Source: Escherichia coli
Lineage (GTDB): Bacteria; Pseudomonadota; Gammaproteobacteria; Enterobacterales; Enterobacteriaceae
NCBI RefSeq assembly: GCF_013315695.1
Contig: NZ_CP054353.1
DNA length: 64,000 nucleotides
Direction: 5' to 3' (one strand)
The notes beneath the pieces are model-generated. The model was not told where the DNA came from. It worked only from the letters and a program-made list of their open reading frames with translations, and searched no databases. Below, piece by piece: positions 53,058 to 63,731 of the stretch; the first letter of the stretch is position 1; every line of letters begins with the position of its first letter. Both the position numbers and the translations under genes were made by a program.

Positions 53058-55529
53058 ATGAGTAAGGTCTTTATTTGCGCTGCTATTCCTGATGAACAGG
53101 CCATAAAAGAAGATAGCGCTGTTGCGGTGGCCACTGCCATTGAAGCTGGTGATGAGCGTCGCGCACGCGCAAAATTTCATTGGCAATTTCTGGAGCAATT
53201 CCCTGCAGCTCAGGACTGCGCTTATAAATTTATTGTCTGTGAGGATAAACCCGGCATACCCCGCCCTGCCCTCGATTCCTGGGATGCTGAATATATGCAG
53301 GAAAACCGCTGGGATGAGGAGTCTGCTTCCTTTGTCCCGGTTGAGACTGAATCCGATCCGATGAACGTCACTTTTGACAAGCTGGCCCCTGAAGTACAGA
53401 ACGCTGTCATGGTTAAGTTCGACACATGTGAAAACATCACCGTTGATATGGTTATTAGCGCACAGGAATTGTTGCAGGAAGACATGGCAACATTCGACGG
53501 ACATATCGTTGAAGCGTTGATGAAAATGCCAGAAGTTAACGCCATGTATCCGGAGCTTAAGCTGCATGCCATCGGGTGGGTTAAGCATAAATGTAAGCCT
53601 GGTGCCAAATGGCCCGAAATTCAGGCAGAGATGCGCATCTGGAAAAAACGTCGCGAAGGTGAACGTAAGGAAACCGGAAAATACACGTCTGTTATTGATC
53701 TCGCCCGCGCCAGAACCAATCAACAGCACAGTGAAAATTCAACAGGAAAAATCAGCCCGGTCATTGCTGCCATTCATCGCGAATACAAGCAGACATGGAA
53801 AACACTGGATGACGAACTGGCCTACGCTCTCTGGCCTGGTGATGTGGATGCCGGAAACATTGACGGCAGCATCCATCGCTGGGCAAAAAATGAAGTTATC
53901 GACAACGACCGCGAAGACTGGAAGCGTATCTCGGCATCAATGCGCAAACAGCCTGATGCCCTTCGCTACGACCGCCAAACTATTTTTGGCCTTGTCCGTG
54001 AGCGTCCGATCGACATTCACAAAGATCCCGTAGCACTGAACAAATATATCTGCGAATACCTGACGACAAAGGGCGTGTTTGAGAATGAAGAAACAGACCT
54101 GGGCACTGTTGATGTTCTCCAGTCATCAGAAACACAAACTGATGCAGTGGAAACTGAGGTATCTGATATCCCAAAAAATGAAACCGCGCCGGAAGCTGAA
54201 CCATCTGTAGAGCGTGAGGGGCCGTTCTATTTCCTCTTCGCAGATAAGGACGGAGAAAAATGCGGTCGCGCAAACAAACTTTCTGGTCTGGATAAGGCAC
54301 TGGCTGCTGGCGCCACTGAAATCACAAAAGAAGAATATTTTGCCCGAAAAAATGGCACATACACGGGCTTACCGCAAAATGTAGATACCGCTGAAGATTC
54401 AGAACAACCAGAGCCGATAAAAGTTACCGCTGACGAAGTAAACAAAATTATGCAGGCAGCCAATATCAGCCAGCCTGACGCCGATAAGTTGCTTGCTGCA
54501 TCACGTGGTGAATTTGTTGAAGGGATTAGTGACCCGAATGATCCGAAATGGGTTAAGGGGATCCAGACCCGCGATTCTGTGAACCAGAACCAGCATGAAT
54601 CGGAACGGAACTACCAAAAAGCGGAACAAAACAGCCCAAATGCGTTACAAAACGAGCCAGAAACGAAACAGCCTGAACCAGTGGCGCAACAGGAAGTGGA
54701 AAAAGTCTGCACCGCCTGCGGTCAGACCGGCGGCGGCAACTGCCCTGATTGTGGCGCGGTGATGGGCGACGCAACATACCAGGAAACATTCGATGAAGAG
54801 TATCAGGTTGAAGTTCAGGAAGATGATCCGGAGGAAATGGAAGGCGCTGAACATCCACACAAGGAGAACACTGGCGGCAATCAGCATCACGATAGCGATA
54901 ATGAAACTGGCGAGACGGCAGATCGCTCAATTAAGGTGAACGGTCATCACGAAATCACATCCACCAGCAGGACGTGTGACCATCTAATGATCGACCTTGA
55001 AACCATGGGAAAAAATCCTGATGCCCCGATCATCTCAATAGGTGCAATATTTTTCGATCCGCAAACCGGAGATATGGGACCGGAATTTAGTAAGACTATC
55101 GATCTGGAAACTGCTGGCGGAGTCATTGATCGGGACACCATTAAATGGTGGCTTAAGCAATCACGCGAAGCGCAATCTGCCATTATGACCGATGAAATCC
55201 CGTTAGATGATGCACTGTTACAATTGCGGGAATTTATCGACGAAAACTCCGGTGAATTTTTTGTTCAGGTTTGGGGAAATGGAGCCAACTTCGACAACAC
55301 GATTTTGCGCCGTTCATACGAACGGCAGGGGATCCCCTGCCCGTGGCGTTACTACAACGATCGCGATGTACGCACAATCGTTGAGCTGGGGAAAGCCATA
55401 GACTTCGATGCCAGAACGGCTATTCCATTCGAAGGTGAGCGCCATAATGCACTTGATGACGCCCGTTACCAGGCAAAATACGTTTCAGTTATCTGGCAAA
55501 AACTGATCCCGAGTCAGGCTGATTTTTAA
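53058..55529 (+). CDS. exodeoxyribonuclease VIII-like protein with C-terminal DnaQ-type (DEDDh) 3'-5' exonuclease domain
   Basis: 823-aa ORF; acidic linker; C-terminal HLMIDLETMG…WGNGANFDNTIL…HNALDDARYQA exonuclease motifs. Confidence 0.7.
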   Translation: MSKVFICAAIPDEQAIKEDSAVAVATAIEAGDERRARAKFHWQFLEQFPAAQDCAYKFIVCEDKPGIPRPALDSWDAEYMQENRWDEESASFVPVETESDPMNVTFDKLAPEVQNAVMVKFDTCENITVDMVISAQELLQEDMATFDGHIVEALMKMPEVNAMYPELKLHAIGWVKHKCKPGAKWPEIQAEMRIWKKRREGERKETGKYTSVIDLARARTNQQHSENSTGKISPVIAAIHREYKQTWKTLDDELAYALWPGDVDAGNIDGSIHRWAKNEVIDNDREDWKRISASMRKQPDALRYDRQTIFGLVRERPIDIHKDPVALNKYICEYLTTKGVFENEETDLGTVDVLQSSETQTDAVETEVSDIPKNETAPEAEPSVEREGPFYFLFADKDGEKCGRANKLSGLDKALAAGATEITKEEYFARKNGTYTGLPQNVDTAEDSEQPEPIKVTADEVNKIMQAANISQPDADKLLAASRGEFVEGISDPNDPKWVKGIQTRDSVNQNQHESERNYQKAEQNSPNALQNEPETKQPEPVAQQEVEKVCTACGQTGGGNCPDCGAVMGDATYQETFDEEYQVEVQEDDPEEMEGAEHPHKENTGGNQHHDSDNETGETADRSIKVNGHHEITSTSRTCDHLMIDLETMGKNPDAPIISIGAIFFDPQTGDMGPEFSKTIDLETAGGVIDRDTIKWWLKQSREAQSAIMTDEIPLDDALLQLREFIDENSGEFFVQVWGNGANFDNTILRRSYERQGIPCPWRYYNDRDVRTIVELGKAIDFDARTAIPFEGERHNALDDARYQAKYVSVIWQKLIPSQADF

Positions 55530-55593
55530 TGTTCAACCCCGGTCGTTGCCCACCAGCTATAGTGGCGGCGACCATGATTAGCGAACGACGCCC

Positions 55594-55842
55594 ATGGCAA
55601 GACTTATTCTGCTCACTGAGTGGGCAAAAGAGGAATTCAGTGAACCGGTCCCTACTCCGAGTACGTTAAGTAAATACGCTAAAGCCGGAATGATATTTCC
55701 TCTCCCCAAAAAAGTTGGAAGACGCTGGCGAGTGGATCCGCAAGCTCGCTTTGTCGGAATGGTAAACAAGCCGGAGGTGATCGCCACAGATCACCCTGCT
55801 TTGAAGAGGATACTGGAAGATGGCGCGCCCGCGAAAATATAA
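55594..55842 (+). CDS. xis: excisionase-like protein
   Basis: 82-aa ORF immediately upstream of and overlapping the integrase gene. Confidence 0.6.
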   Translation: MARLILLTEWAKEEFSEPVPTPSTLSKYAKAGMIFPLPKKVGRRWRVDPQARFVGMVNKPEVIATDHPALKRILEDGAPAKI

Positions 55843-56950
55843 AACCGATGTTCCGGGATTATCTCCGTATTTTGACAAAAGAAATAACAAAGTTTACTGG
55901 CGTTACAGGCATCCCATAACAGGCAAAAATCACGGTCTCGGCAGTATTGACCAGAAACTGGCAGAAACTATTGCAGCAGAAGCGAACAGCCGTCTTGCCC
56001 GGCAGCAAATGGAACAAATGCTCAGTCTGCAGGAGAAAATTATTAGTGATACCGGCGGTTCATCAACCGTTACCATTTTTCTGAATAATTACAGAAAAAT
56101 TCAACAGGAAAGATATGAAAACGGCGAGATCAAACTCAACACGCTGAAACAGAAAGCAGCTCCTCTCAGGGTATTTGATGAACGTTTTGGCACCAGACCG
56201 TTAGATGCCATAACCGTAAAAGATGTGGTATCAGTACTGGAAGAGTACAAGGCCAGAGGACATAACAGAATGGGACAAATTTTCAGGAAAGTACTGATCG
56301 ATGTTTTCCGGGAAGCTCAGCAAACGGGCGATGTCCCGCCAGGCTTTAACCCTGCAGAATCGGCAAAAAAACCGCAGGTGCGGATATCAAGACAGCGACT
56401 GACTTTTGATGAGTGGATGATGATTTATAACGCAGCGGAAAAGGATGGTTACTTTTTACAGCGCGGTATGCTGCTGGCACTGATGACAGGCCAGCGCCTT
56501 TCAGATATTTGCAAAATGCAATTTTCGGATATCCGGGATGGTTATCTTCATGTCGAACAGCAAAAAACAGGAACCCGGATTGCCATCCCTCTGGCTCTGC
56601 GTTGCGATAAATTAAATCTCACCCTGGATGATGTGGTGTCATCCTGCCGCGATTGCGTTCTTAGTCCGTGGCTATTGCACCACCATCACGCGAAAGGGAC
56701 AGCTAAGCGCGGCGGGATGGTTAAGCCAGCAACATTAACCGTTGCATTTAAAAAAGCCCGGGATTCTGTGGATTACAACTGGCGTGCTAATGGCACCCCT
56801 CCCTCTTTCCATGAGCAGAGATCTTTATCAGAGCGATTGTTCAGAGAGCAGGGGGTTGATACCAAAATTTTGCTAGGCCATTCGAATCAAAAAATGACCG
56901 ATATTTACAACGACGCACGCGGTAAGGAATGGAAAAAACTGGTCATTTGA
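55820..56950 (+). CDS. int: tyrosine recombinase (lambda-type integrase)
   Basis: 376-aa ORF with catalytic-region motifs (…LMTGQRLSDICKMQFSDI…, …HHHAKGTAKRGG…, …LLGHSNQKMTDIY…); 3' end 35 bp from ompW stop. Confidence 0.85.
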   Translation: MARPRKYKTDVPGLSPYFDKRNNKVYWRYRHPITGKNHGLGSIDQKLAETIAAEANSRLARQQMEQMLSLQEKIISDTGGSSTVTIFLNNYRKIQQERYENGEIKLNTLKQKAAPLRVFDERFGTRPLDAITVKDVVSVLEEYKARGHNRMGQIFRKVLIDVFREAQQTGDVPPGFNPAESAKKPQVRISRQRLTFDEWMMIYNAAEKDGYFLQRGMLLALMTGQRLSDICKMQFSDIRDGYLHVEQQKTGTRIAIPLALRCDKLNLTLDDVVSSCRDCVLSPWLLHHHHAKGTAKRGGMVKPATLTVAFKKARDSVDYNWRANGTPPSFHEQRSLSERLFREQGVDTKILLGHSNQKMTDIYNDARGKEWKKLVI

Positions 56951-56984
56951 TGACCAGTTTTGCAGAGGGGTTTTGCAGAGAAAA

Positions 56985-57623
56985 TTAAAAACGATATCCT
57001 GCGGAGAACATAAACACCCACGGATCCAGTCGTACCGAGTCTTTTACGGTAGTAACACCAGATTTGTACTTAGCCGTGGTATCGATATCCATGTACCACA
57101 CTGACATGTTAACCAACCAGTCACGGTTAATCAGATAATCAACCCCCACCTGCCCGGCAGCTCCCCAGGAATCTTTCAGACTGAGATCGGAAAGCCCCGC
57201 CTCTTTGCCATGATCGTTAAATCCATTATCAAAGAAGGTGGTGTAGTTAATACCTGCCCCAACGTAAGGACGGAATTTGCTGCTGGCATCACCAAAATAC
57301 CACTGCGCCATCAGTGTTGGCGGCAGATGATGAACGGTTGCAATATCGCCGGTCGCCCGGGTGCCGATTTTATGGCGGAACGGCGTCGCAGCCAGTAATT
57401 CCACACCAATGTTGTCGGTCGCCATATAAGTAAACGTCAGGCCCAGTTGCGTGTTATTGGTCACGCTGAATCCACCCAGACTTCCTAACGTACCACCAGC
57501 ACCTTCTGTTGGACGTACGGTTGCAGACCCTGCACGCATAAAAAATTCGCCTGCTTCATGCGCATAGGCACTGCCAGAGAGAAGAGTTGTTACTGCCAAA
57601 GCCGCCACTGTTAACTTTTTCAT
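56985..57623 (-). CDS. ompW: outer membrane protein W
   Basis: Start at MKKLTVAALAVTTLLSGSAYA… within ORF 56985..57701; C-terminus …SAGYRF. Confidence 0.9.
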   Translation of the reverse strand: MKKLTVAALAVTTLLSGSAYAHEAGEFFMRAGSATVRPTEGAGGTLGSLGGFSVTNNTQLGLTFTYMATDNIGVELLAATPFRHKIGTRATGDIATVHHLPPTLMAQWYFGDASSKFRPYVGAGINYTTFFDNGFNDHGKEAGLSDLSLKDSWGAAGQVGVDYLINRDWLVNMSVWYMDIDTTAKYKSGVTTVKDSVRLDPWVFMFSAGYRF

Positions 57624-57977
57624 ATCCGCTCCGTCGTTATGGTTATAAAAACGTGACGAATATACCCACATTGGAGTAACAAATGATCCTACACAGATCA
57701 CATTATATATGATAATTCACCCTTTATTGATCTGGATTAATTTAGAAGTTGCACTGTGAATCCTGGTTAATGTGATTTAAATCAATTCCTATATATTTCA
57801 CTACGCAAACATTAACTCGCTCGCCACTTGCTGCGGTTTGCCCATAGCTTAGACCCGCAATTACCTCCGCTTTACAAAGATATGCTTTTCCATACAAGAC
57901 CTGATGCTGCCACCCGAGGCTTAACCAGGGTACAATTGCCCGCTAATTAACACCTGCATAAAACTCAAGGAGAGTGC

Positions 57978-58721
57978 ATGTCTATCACGGCGCAGTCCGT
58001 ATACCGTGACACCGGAAATTTCTTCCGTAATCAATTTATGACCATTCTGTTGGTATCGTTGCTATGTGCGTTTATCACAGTGGTGTTAGGGCATGTTTTC
58101 TCACCCAGTGATGCACAGCTTGCTCAGCTCAATGACGGCGTGCCCGTTAGCGGCAGTAGTGGGTTGTTCGACCTGGTTCAGAATATGTCACCTGAACAGC
58201 AACAAATTTTGCTGCAGGCTTCAGCGGCGTCCACTTTTTCAGGATTAATCGGTAACGCCATTCTCGCCGGAGGCGTAATATTAATTATCCAGCTGGTGTC
58301 TGCGGGTCAGAGAGTCAGTGCGCTTCGAGCTATTGGTGCCAGTGCGCCGATATTGCCAAAGTTATTTATTCTGATTTTTCTGACTACCCTTTTAGTACAG
58401 ATTGGCATCATGCTGGTGGTCGTTCCGGGAATTATCATGGCCATTTTACTGGCTCTGGCACCGGTGATGTTGGTACAGGACAAAATGGGCATTTTTGCCT
58501 CGATGCGTAGCAGTATGCGGCTGACATGGGCGAATATGCGTCTGGTGGCACCCGCAGTACTGAGCTGGTTGCTGGCAAAAACACTGTTGCTGCTTTTTGC
58601 CTCTTCTTTTGCCGCATTAACCCCGGAAATTGGTGCCGTACTGGCGAACACCTTGAGCAACCTGATTTCAGCCGTATTGCTCATCTATCTGTTCCGCCTG
58701 TATATGTTGATTCGCCAATAA
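57978..58721 (+). CDS. yciC: UPF0259 inner membrane protein YciC
   Basis: 247-aa polytopic membrane ORF; synteny. Confidence 0.85.
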   Translation: MSITAQSVYRDTGNFFRNQFMTILLVSLLCAFITVVLGHVFSPSDAQLAQLNDGVPVSGSSGLFDLVQNMSPEQQQILLQASAASTFSGLIGNAILAGGVILIIQLVSAGQRVSALRAIGASAPILPKLFILIFLTTLLVQIGIMLVVVPGIIMAILLALAPVMLVQDKMGIFASMRSSMRLTWANMRLVAPAVLSWLLAKTLLLLFASSFAALTPEIGAVLANTLSNLISAVLLIYLFRLYMLIRQ

Positions 58722-58750
58722 CCTTAAGCATTTGATTACGGAATCGTAAA

Positions 58751-59290
58751 ATGAAGCAGTTTCTTGATTTTTTACCGCTGGTTGTCTTTTTCGCGTTCTA
58801 CAAGATTTATGACATCTATGCGGCTACTGCGGCGCTCATCGTCGCCACGGCGATTGTGCTTATCTATAGCTGGGTTCGCTTTCGTAAGGTTGAGAAGATG
58901 GCCCTGATCACTTTTGTTCTGGTGGTCGTCTTCGGTGGCTTAACGCTGTTCTTCCACAATGATGAGTTTATTAAATGGAAGGTTACTGTCATTTATGCCC
59001 TGTTTGCGGGTGCCCTGTTAGTCAGTCAATGGGTGATGAAAAAGCCGCTAATTCAGCGGATGCTGGGTAAAGAACTCACCCTGCCGCAATCGGTATGGTC
59101 GAAGCTGAATCTGGCCTGGGCTGTTTTCTTTATCCTTTGCGGCCTGGCAAACATCTACATCGCATTCTGGCTGCCGCAAAATATTTGGGTCAACTTTAAA
59201 GTCTTTGGCCTGACCGCCCTTACCTTAATCTTCACATTGTTAAGCGGTATCTATATCTACCGCCACATGCCGCAGGAAGATAAATCCTAA
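58751..59290 (+). CDS. yciB: inner membrane protein YciB
   Basis: 179-aa membrane [26 protein letters not shown]…. Confidence 0.9.
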   Translation: MKQFLDFLPLVVFFAFYKIYDIYAATAALIVATAIVLIYSWVRFRKVEKMALITFVLVVVFGGLTLFFHNDEFIKWKVTVIYALFAGALLVSQWVMKKPLIQRMLGKELTLPQSVWSKLNLAWAVFFILCGLANIYIAFWLPQNIWVNFKVFGLTALTLIFTLLSGIYIYRHMPQEDKS

Positions 59291-59394
59291 CCAGACTGCC
59301 AGTCCTTCGGGGCTGGCGCTGTATCTCCTCTGTTCTCCTCAGGAAAATCATAGTAGCATCGCGCCTGTGATTTTCCTTTTAAGTCGGTTTTACC

Positions 59395-59793
59395 ATGTCT
59401 ACAACACATAACGTCCCTCAGGGCGATCTTGTTTTACGTACTTTAGCCATGCCCGCCGATACCAATGCCAATGGTGACATCTTTGGTGGTTGGTTAATGT
59501 CACAAATGGATATTGGCGGCGCTATTCTGGCGAAAGAAATTGCCCACGGTCGTGTAGTGACCGTGCGGGTTGAAGGAATGACTTTCTTACGACCGGTTGC
59601 GGTCGGCGATGTGGTGTGCTGCTATGCACGCTGTGTCCAGAAAGGGACGACATCGGTCAGCATTAATATTGAAGTGTGGGTGAAAAAAGTCGCGTCTGAA
59701 CCCATCGGGCAACGCTATAAAGCGACAGAAGCATTATTTAAGTATGTCGCGGTTGATCCTGAAGGAAAACCTCGCGCCTTACCTGTTGAGTAA
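59395..59793 (+). CDS. yciA: acyl-CoA thioesterase YciA (hotdog fold)
   Basis: 132-aa ORF MSTTHNVPQGDLVLRTLAMPADTNANGDIFGG…. Confidence 0.9.
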   Translation: MSTTHNVPQGDLVLRTLAMPADTNANGDIFGGWLMSQMDIGGAILAKEIAHGRVVTVRVEGMTFLRPVAVGDVVCCYARCVQKGTTSVSINIEVWVKKVASEPIGQRYKATEALFKYVAVDPEGKPRALPVE

Positions 59794-59832
59794 TAGTCAA
59801 AAGCCTCCGGTCGGAGGCTTTTGACTTTATGC

Positions 59833-60549
59833 TTACTGAATTTCGGTAGTGCCGTTAATTTTAAACAGGATATTCACCACAATCCCACTGCCTGGCTTAC
59901 CCGGCTCATAACGCCATCTGCGCATCGCATTTTTCACTTCACGCTCAAACATGTTCGCAGGCTTGGCTGAGAGGATTTGTACGTTATCCACGCGACCATC
60001 TGGCGTGACATCAAATTTAACTTTAACCTGCCCTTCAATGCGCAATGCCTGTGCTCGTGCCGGATACTGCGGCTGATTACGGCTTAATGCGCGTGGTCCT
60101 GAAGCCACACTGGTAACCGGCTTGCTGGTTGCAGCCGTTGCCGTACTTGATGTCGGGCGCGCGGGTGCCGTATTTTCAAACGGTGATGCCGGACGCGACT
60201 CTACGGGTTTGACATCGCGTTTTGGCTGCTCCACCTTTTTCACCGGCTTCGGTTTTGGCTTAGGTTTCGGCTTCGGCTTTTCAATGACCACCGGAGCTTC
60301 TTTTGGCGGTTCAGGGATCGGCTCAGGTTCCGGTTCTGGCTCTACCACCGGCTCCGGTGGTGGTTGAACGGCTTGTGGCGGTTCGAGATCCGCTGGCGCA
60401 ACCATCGTGACAGAAATCGGCTGCGCGGGCGCAGGTAGTTCAATAACCTGATGTACCGAGGTATAGAGCAAACCCGCCACAACAGCACCATGAATGCAGA
60501 CCGAAAGTAACGTCGGCCAGGGGAAGCGGCGAGGTAAATCAAGGGTCAT
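59833..60549 (-). CDS. tonB: energy transducer TonB
   Basis: Start at [26 protein letters not shown]… within ORF 59833..60600; Pro-rich EP/KP repeats. Confidence 0.9.
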   Translation of the reverse strand: MTLDLPRRFPWPTLLSVCIHGAVVAGLLYTSVHQVIELPAPAQPISVTMVAPADLEPPQAVQPPPEPVVEPEPEPEPIPEPPKEAPVVIEKPKPKPKPKPKPVKKVEQPKRDVKPVESRPASPFENTAPARPTSSTATAATSKPVTSVASGPRALSRNQPQYPARAQALRIEGQVKVKFDVTPDGRVDNVQILSAKPANMFEREVKNAMRRWRYEPGKPGSGIVVNILFKINGTTEIQ

Positions 60550-60772
60550 TGAAGTCATAATCATTTCAGTAGAAAAACCAGGCCCCGATTTTAAATGCAA
60601 ATAGCAATCATATTCAATAAGGCAAGACGATCAGGATCAGTGAAAATGTCATTTTTGGCGTAATTGACCTTACTTTATGCATGGTCTTAACAAAGACATC
60701 ATCTTTCCGTTGCAGATCTTCGCCCTTTCAAATAACGTACTTTACAACTTTCCCGAACAAGGAGTTGTGCCT

Positions 60773-61069
60773 GTGTTGTATGTTATTTACGCTCAAGACA
60801 AAGCTGATAGCCTCGAAAAACGCCTTTCCGTTCGTCCGGCACATTTAGCACGTTTACAGTTACTGCATGATGAAGGTCGTTTGTTGACCGCCGGTCCAAT
60901 GCCAGCAGTAGACAGTAACGATCCAGGGGCTGCGGGATTTACTGGCTCAACCGTTATTGCTGAATTTGAGTCGCTGGAAGCAGCTCAGGCCTGGGCCGAT
61001 GCTGACCCGTACGTAGCGGCAGGAGTCTATGAACACGTTTCAGTGAAACCATTTAAGAAAGTGTTTTGA
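60773..61069 (+). CDS. yciI: YciI-like protein (GTG start)
   Basis: GTG start preceded by aaggag; product [38 protein letters not shown]…. Confidence 0.8.
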
Positions 61070-61221
61070 ATAAATTAAATATTATTTAAATTCAAAGCAA
61101 TAACGAAAGACAGTCAACATAATCAATAATAAAGGGCGCATTTAAGTACACATTAATCTAAGCGCCCCTTTTTTTTCGCTACGACTTATACTTTCAGTCT
61201 GACATCTGGCTGGAGGTTTCT

Positions 61222-61479
61222 ATGTGCGGACGCTTTTCACAGTCAATGACGCGTGAAGACTATCTCGCCCTTCTCGCAGATGAAGTCGAGCAAGACATTC
61301 CATATGACCCTGAACCGATCGGACGTTTCAACGTTGCGCCAGGCACCAAAGTTCTGCTTCTGAGCGAACGTGACGAGAAACTCCATCTTGATCCAGTTTT
61401 CTGGGGATACGCCCCGGATGGTGGGATAAACCTGGATTTTTACACATACCAAAGACAGATTAGATACTCTACTAATTAG
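61222..61479 (+). pseudogene. 5' fragment of an SOS-response-associated peptidase (SRAP/YedK-family) gene, truncated after ~70 codons
   Basis: MCGRFSQSMTREDYLALLADEVEQDIPYDPEPIGRFNVAPGTKVLLLSERDEKLHLDPVFWGYAP then unrelated residues and stop at the AT-rich junction. Confidence 0.7.
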
Positions 61480-61587
61480 ATTTTAAACTCATGATTAGTA
61501 AGAGAGACTACCATGATTTATTTAACCAAAATGTCATTTTGTGATATTCTGCATAAAAGTTCATTATTCTAGAGATAGAGCATTAAT

Positions 61588-63381
61588 ATGAGTATCGGTT
61601 TGAGCAAAGTCGTTACAAGATATAAAAACTTAAAGTTGAAATCATATGTTTTCGACATTGTCAACGTTATGTTTTTATTGTACTTATTTTGTTTTCTAAA
61701 TCAGTCAATAGTTATCATAGGAAATATTGAACCGCCTAAAGAGTTAATTGGTGCAATATTGAATTTCATCTGGCGTTCATCCCCCATTTTGTTTATTTAT
61801 TTGTTATTTAGAATAATAAACATTCCAATTTTTCTATGTTCTTATTTATCAGGCATCGCAATTATAACATTGATGTTTGTGAACAGTACTAAAATGGCGT
61901 TAACCGGTGAGCCTTTATCATTTAATGACATTGTTTCTGGATTCAATTTGAGTGTCGCAGGAAAATACCTCAACTTATCATCCATTACTTACTCTGTCGC
62001 TATTCTAATTGGCGCAATAATCTCAATCCTACTTAGCAAAAAAACGGTCACAACAAGAAAAAATTATATATCGTTATTTCTTTTAATTATCATTACGATC
62101 CCCTTTTCATTCTACCCCTATATTGGAACCATTTTTAGCCCTAACAATAGGATTTCTGAAATCATAAACTCCAGCGCGAACAACTTAAATATAAAATATA
62201 TTTACTGGAATTGGTCTCAAAATATTGGCGTTAATGGCTTGCCAATGCATATAATACAAACAAGTGTCAGAAAATCTGTACCACATGCAACTGATGCAGA
62301 ACAATTAAGATATTTAGATGAAAAAAGATCTTTAGTATCCACTCATATAAAAAATAAAACCATTATTTATGTTTTATGTGAATCATGTTGGTATGATAAA
62401 AAAAACTTCCGAGAAAATTTCAAACCTGTTATTGATGAAGGTTACAGTGAATTACGGGCCATCTCACCAGTTTACGGTGGAGGTACCGCAAATGCCGAAT
62501 TTGAAATGCTGACAGGACTACCAAGTAATTCAGATAAAATATCAGGAATCATCTATCAAGAATATTCAGATGCATTCAAACCAAAAGTTGACGCATTACC
62601 TAATGCCCTGAAAAACAAAGGCTATATTACTTTCGCAGCACATAATTACCAAGCAGACTTTTGGTATAGGAATAAAATTTACCCTAAATTTGGATTTGAT
62701 AGATTTGATAGCATTATTAATATGGGAGATTTACCACCAGAGTATAGCAGTATTAAAAAACCATGGCAGTGGCAACCTGATGACTACCTGCTTTACAATG
62801 CAGCATTAAAAGCCATCCAAAATGCAGGAAACAAAGATATTTTTGTACATTTGATCACTATGTCAACTCATGGTCCTTATCAACACATTAATGATTATGG
62901 TGAAGGTGTTTATACCTATGAGATTAATGAGGCAGTCAAAAGATTCGTTCAATTTTCACAGCAAGTAGAAAAAATAGATCCAAATGCTGTAATCGTCTTT
63001 TACGGTGACCATAAACCACCACTAAATAAATATTTCGTCGAAAATGGGGTGCTACCAAGTAATATTTTCAACAAAATCGGAGAAGAAAAAGATGAAGATT
63101 TCGTCTTTAAAATGAGCACAACCCCACTCGATTTTGGTGATGTTCCTGTGCTTATTAAATCAAATGATAAAGACGCCATTAAAAAATTCATAACCGACGC
63201 CAATGGAAAACCTTTTTTCTGTGTATCTTCATTAGTTGATAAACATTTCATTCAATCTGGATTGGTATCATTTAATCACAACGCAAAGCATGTCTGTGAA
63301 AACAGTGATAACTTTAATTATGATAAGTTAATTAACATGACCCCGTCGTGGATTTATTCAATGTCATTATTTCACGATTAG
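61588..63381 (+). CDS. LtaS-like sulfatase-family membrane enzyme (5 N-terminal TM helices plus alkaline-phosphatase-superfamily domain), very AT-rich
   Basis: 597-aa ORF; N-terminal TM segments; GGGTANAEFEMLTG nucleophile-type motif and YGDHKP metal-binding motif typical of LtaS/phosphoglycerol-transferase-like enzymes. Confidence 0.6.
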   Translation: MSIGLSKVVTRYKNLKLKSYVFDIVNVMFLLYLFCFLNQSIVIIGNIEPPKELIGAILNFIWRSSPILFIYLLFRIINIPIFLCSYLSGIAIITLMFVNSTKMALTGEPLSFNDIVSGFNLSVAGKYLNLSSITYSVAILIGAIISILLSKKTVTTRKNYISLFLLIIITIPFSFYPYIGTIFSPNNRISEIINSSANNLNIKYIYWNWSQNIGVNGLPMHIIQTSVRKSVPHATDAEQLRYLDEKRSLVSTHIKNKTIIYVLCESCWYDKKNFRENFKPVIDEGYSELRAISPVYGGGTANAEFEMLTGLPSNSDKISGIIYQEYSDAFKPKVDALPNALKNKGYITFAAHNYQADFWYRNKIYPKFGFDRFDSIINMGDLPPEYSSIKKPWQWQPDDYLLYNAALKAIQNAGNKDIFVHLITMSTHGPYQHINDYGEGVYTYEINEAVKRFVQFSQQVEKIDPNAVIVFYGDHKPPLNKYFVENGVLPSNIFNKIGEEKDEDFVFKMSTTPLDFGDVPVLIKSNDKDAIKKFITDANGKPFFCVSSLVDKHFIQSGLVSFNHNAKHVCENSDNFNYDKLINMTPSWIYSMSLFHD

Positions 63382-63731
63382 TATCTAGAAAATAATTGTA
63401 ATAAATCATCATTAATTATGTAGACGCCTAAAATTAGGCATCTACATTTTATTAGAAAAGAGGTTGTCCTGACTAGGTTGTGGAAATGTGCATCGCATAA
63501 ATCAAGGCTATAGAGCATGAAAGTGCGTTCTTCCCCCTCTACCATTGATAAATATTTAAAAGTGCTCACGCTGGATTCGATCCAGGCATTAGCATCTTTG
63601 AGTGAGAATTCCCAGTTAACTTTGCTCAACCCCTGAACAAATCGCTGTGTAGTGACGGTCTTCCGGCCATTCGGCTCTTGCTGTATCGAAGAATACCAGG
63701 CTATTTCAATATCGCTGCGTCGTGGCATCAT
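63378..63731 (-). pseudogene. 5' fragment of an unidentified (likely mobile-element-associated) gene running into the AT-rich cassette
   Basis: First ~85 codons (MMPRRSDIEIAWYSSIQQEPNGRKTVTTQRFVQGLSKVNWEF…) look like a real protein; remainder reads into low-complexity AT-rich DNA. Confidence 0.35.

Larger units (their letters stand above)
35690..56984. mobile_element. defective lambdoid prophage (lysis, Q, nin, replication, immunity, recombination, int modules; no morphogenesis genes) integrated next to ompW 3' end and truncated at IS1
   Basis: Contiguous phage gene set listed below, bounded by IS1 (left) and integrase/ompW junction (right). Confidence 0.85.

Noticed and set aside
53025-53729. 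234-aa minus-strand ORF overlapping the start of the exonuclease gene
   Set aside because: Antisense to the 823-aa exonuclease ORF, which has a clear RBS and domain motifs; low-complexity translation.
60180-60370. Short tandem DNA repeats (ccg/aaa-rich, cggctt repeats) that could look like a repeat array
   Set aside because: They encode the Pro-Glu/Lys-Pro repeats of TonB; the repeat is in-frame coding, not CRISPR or a satellite.
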